Shown here one piece after another: positions 63,101 to 64,000 of a DNA stretch of 64,000 nt. The notes beneath the pieces were generated by a model, which was not told where the DNA came from, did no database searches, and saw only the letters and a list, made by a program, of their open reading frames with translations. The position numbers and the translations under genes are program-made. The DNA is from Amoebophrya sp. A120. Lineage: Eukaryota > Protista > Dinoflagellata. The stretch lies in contig CAJINV010000005.1 of NCBI GenBank assembly GCA_905178155.1, forward strand, positions 4,940,256 to 5,004,255, given 5' to 3'. Position 1 is the stretch's first letter. Each line of letters starts with the position of its first letter.

Positions 63101-64000
63101 CCTTGTTCAATGACATCAATACGGGCTCCATGTGGATGTGGCGTTGCAACAGCAAGAACGCCGACGGAAGCAGCTGCGCGCAGTACGACAGTGGCAGTGT
63201 GCTTGGGAGCCAATACGACAACAGCCCGGGTTCCTGGGGCACGCTGTTGACTTCCCTCCCCGGGCGGTATGCCCCGGGGGGCGAAAAGGGGAGAGGGACT
63301 GACGGGTATAGCTGGTCCTGGTACGGAAAGCAAACGACGGTCGCGCAAAGTCTCGATGAACCCACGACGGCCACAACGACCACGACGTTGTTCAAGAAGG
63401 TGAAGAGAGTGCTGGATGGCTGTGTCGCGGCCTATGACTTCGAGGAAGATGCCGCGGCGCATCCGGGAACAGATGCGGCGGTGTACAAGTCGACAGGTAT
63501 TTCCTCCTCCGGCGTCCCGACCGTCGCGCAACCGCTTGTGTGCGCGGGGAACCAGAAGAACAGTAAGGAGACCCTGAAAACGAGGGTGGGCACCGGCGGA
63601 GAGTACAAATCGTTGCTCTTCACCCGGTATTTACAGGAGGGCGGGTACTGCAGCGGCCCGGCCTTTGACATGCCACAGGATGACGAGAGCCGGACCGTGG
63701 TAGTTTGGTTCAAGCCGAAGATCGGGCCCGCGTATCACACCCCGGTTGGGAACGAGGAGTCGGCCACGTCCGGGCCGGTGGCCTACGGGAACGGGATTCC
63801 GGGCCAGGGTTGCAATTCCCACTTCGCGTTGTGGATCAGCGGGTTTGGGGGGAATTTGTACTTTGGACTAAACTGCCAGGACCCGGGTAATGCGAAGGAC
63901 GGGAACACGGGGTTTAACCCGGTGAAAACCAACCTCCCGGAGAGCTGGATCCACGTGGCGTTCAGCTACAATAAGAGCACCAACAAGTTCAAGCACTGGT
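189..64000 (+). CDS. Interior of a giant multi-exon gene (about 15,100 aa within the window, 5' and 3' partial): putative secreted/surface adhesin-like polyprotein with LamG, PAN/apple and Cys-rich repeats
   Basis: The long + strand ORFs (1111, 8722, 12527, 18900, 31733, 35346, 38052, 46138, 54367 etc.) join in frame when each TIR element plus 5 nt is removed. 63,811 - 18,483 = 45,328 nt, and the remainder of 1 matches the phase at the window end. Junctions are confirmed by intron-free paralogous domains inside the same gene. Confidence 0.88.
239..491. mobile_element. Introner family A (TIR core tgtctgggtctggaa)
   Basis: TAT..ATA, direct repeat (DR) cgcca/cgcca; empty site visible in paralog near 20595. 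Confidence 0.95.
596..874. mobile_element. Introner family B (TIR core gtaaaaacgtccccac)
   Basis: DR gtacg/gtacg; empty site in paralog near 20697. Confidence 0.95.
935..1140. mobile_element. Introner family D (TIR core gaaaaaa)
   Basis: DR aacac/aacac; empty site in paralog near 20752. Confidence 0.93.
2779..3089. mobile_element. Introner family C (TIR core gaaaaatccccctccccatatc)
   Basis: DR aatcc/aatcc. Confidence 0.92.
3149..3401. mobile_element. Introner family A
   Basis: DR gttcc/gttcc. Confidence 0.92.
4067..4218. mobile_element. Introner family E (TIR core tatgcaatacaaatttcc)
   Basis: DR agctc/agctc; homolog of 35248-35396. Confidence 0.92.
4785..5051. mobile_element. Introner family A
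   Basis: DR cgact/cgact. Confidence 0.92.
5297..5630. mobile_element. Introner family C
   Basis: DR cgacg/ccacg. Confidence 0.9.
5726..5979. mobile_element. Introner family A
   Basis: DR tcggc/tcggc. Confidence 0.92.
6028..6313. mobile_element. Introner family B
   Basis: DR ggaca/ggaca. Confidence 0.92.
7366..7514. mobile_element. Introner short family F (TIR tgcaaaagtatcgcactcgtataaatgc)
   Basis: DR tggaa/tggaa; long perfect inner TIR. Confidence 0.92.
7551..7800. mobile_element. Introner family A
   Basis: DR tggca/tggca. Confidence 0.92.
8042..8339. mobile_element. Introner family B lacking a recognisable DR
   Basis: Flanks cactg/agacc; the frame is still restored by removing element + 5 nt. 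Confidence 0.85.
8438..8705. mobile_element. Introner family A
   Basis: DR ggcat/ggcag. Confidence 0.9.
9670..9840 (+). repeat. Thr/Ser-rich low-complexity (mucin-like) coding linker
   Basis: Runs of ACN codons: TTTTTTTTSTSSTTTTSS...TVTTTV. Confidence 0.9.
10289..10541. mobile_element. Introner family A
   Basis: DR cgtgt/cgtgt. Confidence 0.92.
11492..11744. mobile_element. Introner family A
   Basis: DR gacca/aacca. Confidence 0.9.
11810..12088. mobile_element. Introner family B
   Basis: DR gacgc/gacgc. Confidence 0.92.
12312..12521. mobile_element. Introner family D
   Basis: DR tcccg/tcccg. Confidence 0.92.
15075..15356. mobile_element. Introner family B
   Basis: DR gcaga/tcaga. Confidence 0.9.
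15412..15659. mobile_element. Introner family A
   Basis: DR acggg/acggg. Confidence 0.92.
15908..16228. mobile_element. Introner family C
   Basis: DR ctgcg/ctgcg. Confidence 0.92.
16424..16751. mobile_element. Introner family A with internal insertions
   Basis: DR gaagc/gaagc; about 65 bp longer than relatives such as 40727-40987. Confidence 0.9.
16816..17029. mobile_element. Introner family D
   Basis: DR ggaca/ggaca. Confidence 0.92.
17310..18432. mobile_element. Introner family A carrying a nested 861-bp insertion
   Basis: DR acagc/acagc; removing 17520-18380 leaves a normal 262-bp family A element. Confidence 0.92.
17520..18380 (-). mobile_element. Non-autonomous Helitron-like element nested in an introner
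   Basis: On the minus strand it ends ..GCTCCGGC-GGTA-GCCGGAGC-ATGG-CTGG followed by T (8-bp hairpin, then CTRR). It sits between A and T with no clear TSD, and the AT-rich 5' end contains A|TCTATTATATT. Confidence 0.6.
18775..19053. mobile_element. Introner family B
   Basis: DR atgaa/atgaa. Confidence 0.92.
20226..20910 (+). other. LamG-like domain, copy 2 (intron-free)
   Basis: AEYDF..SRTIMGWVKP..WYHMALMWD..RVYVNG..ICLGG..YQGEIAGFAVYAGAIS; close paralog of 190-1290. Confidence 0.78.
20967..21229. mobile_element. Introner family A
   Basis: DR gtagc/gtagt. Confidence 0.9.
22263..22515. mobile_element. Introner family A
   Basis: DR tccga/gccga. Confidence 0.9.
22565..22829. mobile_element. 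Introner family A
   Basis: DR gattg/gattg. Confidence 0.92.
23653..23974. mobile_element. Introner family C
   Basis: DR ccttg/ccttg. Confidence 0.92.
24562..24851. mobile_element. Introner family B (inverted relative to 596-874)
   Basis: DR cgact/cgact. Confidence 0.92.
24875..26003 (+). repeat. Cys-rich repeated module X, copy 1
   Basis: AGWTIRP..GEG..GTGVIEIQFGNC..CNCV..GSEVR..TAWP..LKIEGL..MMTVY; aligns with 33113-34046. Confidence 0.8.
25523..25835. mobile_element. Introner family C (inverted relative to 2779-3089)
   Basis: DR cgtgg/catgg; empty site TAWP in paralog near 33888. Confidence 0.92.
26149..26416. mobile_element. Introner family A
   Basis: DR gttat/gttat. Confidence 0.92.
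26555..26810. mobile_element. Introner singleton family H (TIRs contain tandem repeats)
   Basis: DR gtgtc/gtgtc. Confidence 0.88.
26867..27118. mobile_element. Introner family A (close relative of 239-491)
   Basis: DR cgggg/cgggg. Confidence 0.92.
27302..27557. mobile_element. Introner family A
   Basis: DR gttca/gctca. Confidence 0.9.
27956..28217. mobile_element. Introner family A
   Basis: DR cgcgg/cgcgg. Confidence 0.92.
29466..29719. mobile_element. Introner family A
   Basis: DR gttgg/cttgg. Confidence 0.9.
29917..30168. mobile_element. Introner family A
   Basis: DR gtgaa/gtgaa. Confidence 0.92.
30218..30520. mobile_element. Introner family B
   Basis: DR gaagt/gaagt. Confidence 0.92.
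31432..31695. mobile_element. Introner family A
   Basis: DR gccgg/gccgg. Confidence 0.92.
32066..32318. mobile_element. Introner family A (in frame, stop-free)
   Basis: DR ggggc/ggggc; read through by ORF 31733..35512. Confidence 0.92.
33113..34046 (+). repeat. Cys-rich repeated module X, copy 2
   Basis: AGWTIRP..GEG..GTGEIEVKFGNC..CNCV..GSEVR..TAWP..LKLEGL..MMTLY. Confidence 0.8.
35248..35396. mobile_element. Introner family E
   Basis: DR gtctt/gtttt. Confidence 0.9.
37446..37708. mobile_element. Introner family A
   Basis: DR agtcc/agtcc. Confidence 0.92.
37772..38035. mobile_element. Introner family A
   Basis: DR agcgt/agcgt. Confidence 0.92.
40413..40645. mobile_element. Introner family D (inverted relative of 935-1140)
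   Basis: DR agatc/agatc. Confidence 0.9.
40727..40987. mobile_element. Introner family A
   Basis: DR tttct/tttct. Confidence 0.92.
41150..41411. mobile_element. Introner family A
   Basis: DR tccct/tccct. Confidence 0.92.
41512..41764. mobile_element. Introner family A (inverted relative of 27302-27557)
   Basis: DR caacc/caacc. Confidence 0.92.
42183..42465. mobile_element. Introner family B
   Basis: DR acccg/acccg. Confidence 0.92.
43043..43364. mobile_element. Introner family C
   Basis: DR ctggt/ctggt. Confidence 0.92.
43414..43678. mobile_element. Introner family A
   Basis: DR aaggt/aaggt. Confidence 0.92.
43739..43947. mobile_element. Introner family D
   Basis: DR ttcga/ttcga. Confidence 0.92.
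44266..44422. mobile_element. Introner, short F-like
   Basis: TIR tatgcattgcaaaag; DR cggca/cgggg. Confidence 0.88.
45924..46185. mobile_element. Introner family A
   Basis: DR ccggg/ccggg; empty site YAGPGE in paralog near 48550. Confidence 0.93.
49323..49479. mobile_element. Introner, short F-like, with ambiguous boundary
   Basis: tatgcattgcaaaa..ttttgcgatggata; flanks gagat/attat (alternative DR attat overlapping the left terminus). Confidence 0.8.
49672..49950. mobile_element. Introner family B (close relative of 596-874)
   Basis: DR cgagt/cgagt. Confidence 0.92.
50562..50762. mobile_element. Introner family D
   Basis: DR caaga/caaga. Confidence 0.92.
51012..51220. mobile_element. Introner family D
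   Basis: DR cccga/cccgg. Confidence 0.9.
52852..53113. mobile_element. Introner family A
   Basis: DR tggaa/cggaa. Confidence 0.9.
53430..53682. mobile_element. Introner family A (close relative of 32066-32318)
   Basis: DR cggat/cggag. Confidence 0.9.
54236..54498. mobile_element. Introner family A
   Basis: DR agatt/agatt. Confidence 0.92.
57194..57402. mobile_element. Introner family D
   Basis: DR tcttg/tcttg. Confidence 0.92.
57867..58145. mobile_element. Introner family B
   Basis: DR gtttc/atttc. Confidence 0.9.
58214..58387. mobile_element. Introner, D-like, perfect 20-bp TIR
   Basis: tatcacacagaaaaaagcag..ctgcttttttctgtgtgata; DR caagc/caagc. Confidence 0.92.
58603..59190 (+). repeat. 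Repeated module Y, copy 1
   Basis: LPGRWELYMYK..NDMRIGKNVNGL..LCPHPTSGNAKMAEALF..WMWRCNS..WNWYG; aligns with 62746-63330. Confidence 0.8.
59684..59963. mobile_element. Introner family B
   Basis: DR agagg/agagg. Confidence 0.92.
60591..60869. mobile_element. Introner family B
   Basis: DR atttt/acttc (both differences synonymous). Confidence 0.9.
62004..62226. mobile_element. Introner family G (TIR gtgcacaactccccctc)
   Basis: DR catca/cctca. Confidence 0.9.
62290..62505. mobile_element. Introner family G, right end ATG instead of ATA
   Basis: DR gtggt/gtggt. Confidence 0.9.
62746..63330 (+). repeat. Repeated module Y, copy 2
   Basis: LPGKWFLYMYK..NDMRFGKNVNGL..LCPHPTSGNAKMSEALF..WMWRCNS..WSWYG, in the open frame running off the window end. 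Confidence 0.8.
63424..64000 (+). other. LamG-like domain, copy 3 (divergent, truncated by window end)
   Basis: VAAYDFEE..SRTVVVWFKP..VAYG..WIHVAFSYN. Confidence 0.7.

Noticed and set aside
1258-63822. Long minus-strand ORFs (e.g. 6672-7640, 9561-10469, 58533-59621)
   Set aside because: They are antisense shadows of the + strand exons with no recognisable domains.
189-64000. Pseudogene riddled with MITEs, or many separate genes
   Set aside because: The exons have no stops or frameshifts, the phase is preserved across all 68 insertions, and the exon ORFs end only inside elements.
189-64000. Stop-codon reassignment (known in one Amoebophrya lineage)
   Set aside because: It is not needed: the reconstructed exons are open under the standard code.
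1-64000. tRNA, rRNA, snRNA or dinoflagellate spliced-leader sequences
   Set aside because: None was recognised by eye, and all sequence is accounted for as exon or element. A covariance-model search was not run.

Overview
Eukaryotic window, most likely from an Amoebophrya-like syndinean dinoflagellate (inference). The whole 64 kb reads as the interior of one giant + strand gene, with no start or stop codon in the window. It is interrupted by 68 complete and 1 partial MITE-like non-canonical introns ('introners'). They are 149-334 bp long (one is 1123 bp), start with TAT and end with ATA (one ends ATG), carry terminal inverted repeats (TIRs) of about 8 families, and are flanked by a 5-bp direct repeat (49 perfect, 17 with 1-2 mismatches, 2 degenerate). 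By my manual count, removing each element plus 5 nt leaves 45,328 coding nt, about 15,100 aa, and the phase matches the last exon. The product is an adhesin-like mega-protein with LamG, PAN/apple and other Cys-rich repeated modules, Ser/Thr linkers and RxL motifs. No GT-AG intron is needed anywhere. Notable points: the elements occur in both orientations; all TIR families share an internal TTGT(C/G/A)ATGC motif; mismatches between the direct-repeat copies follow a coding-like codon-position pattern; elements cluster 36-68 nt apart; and a Helitron-like insertion is nested in one introner.
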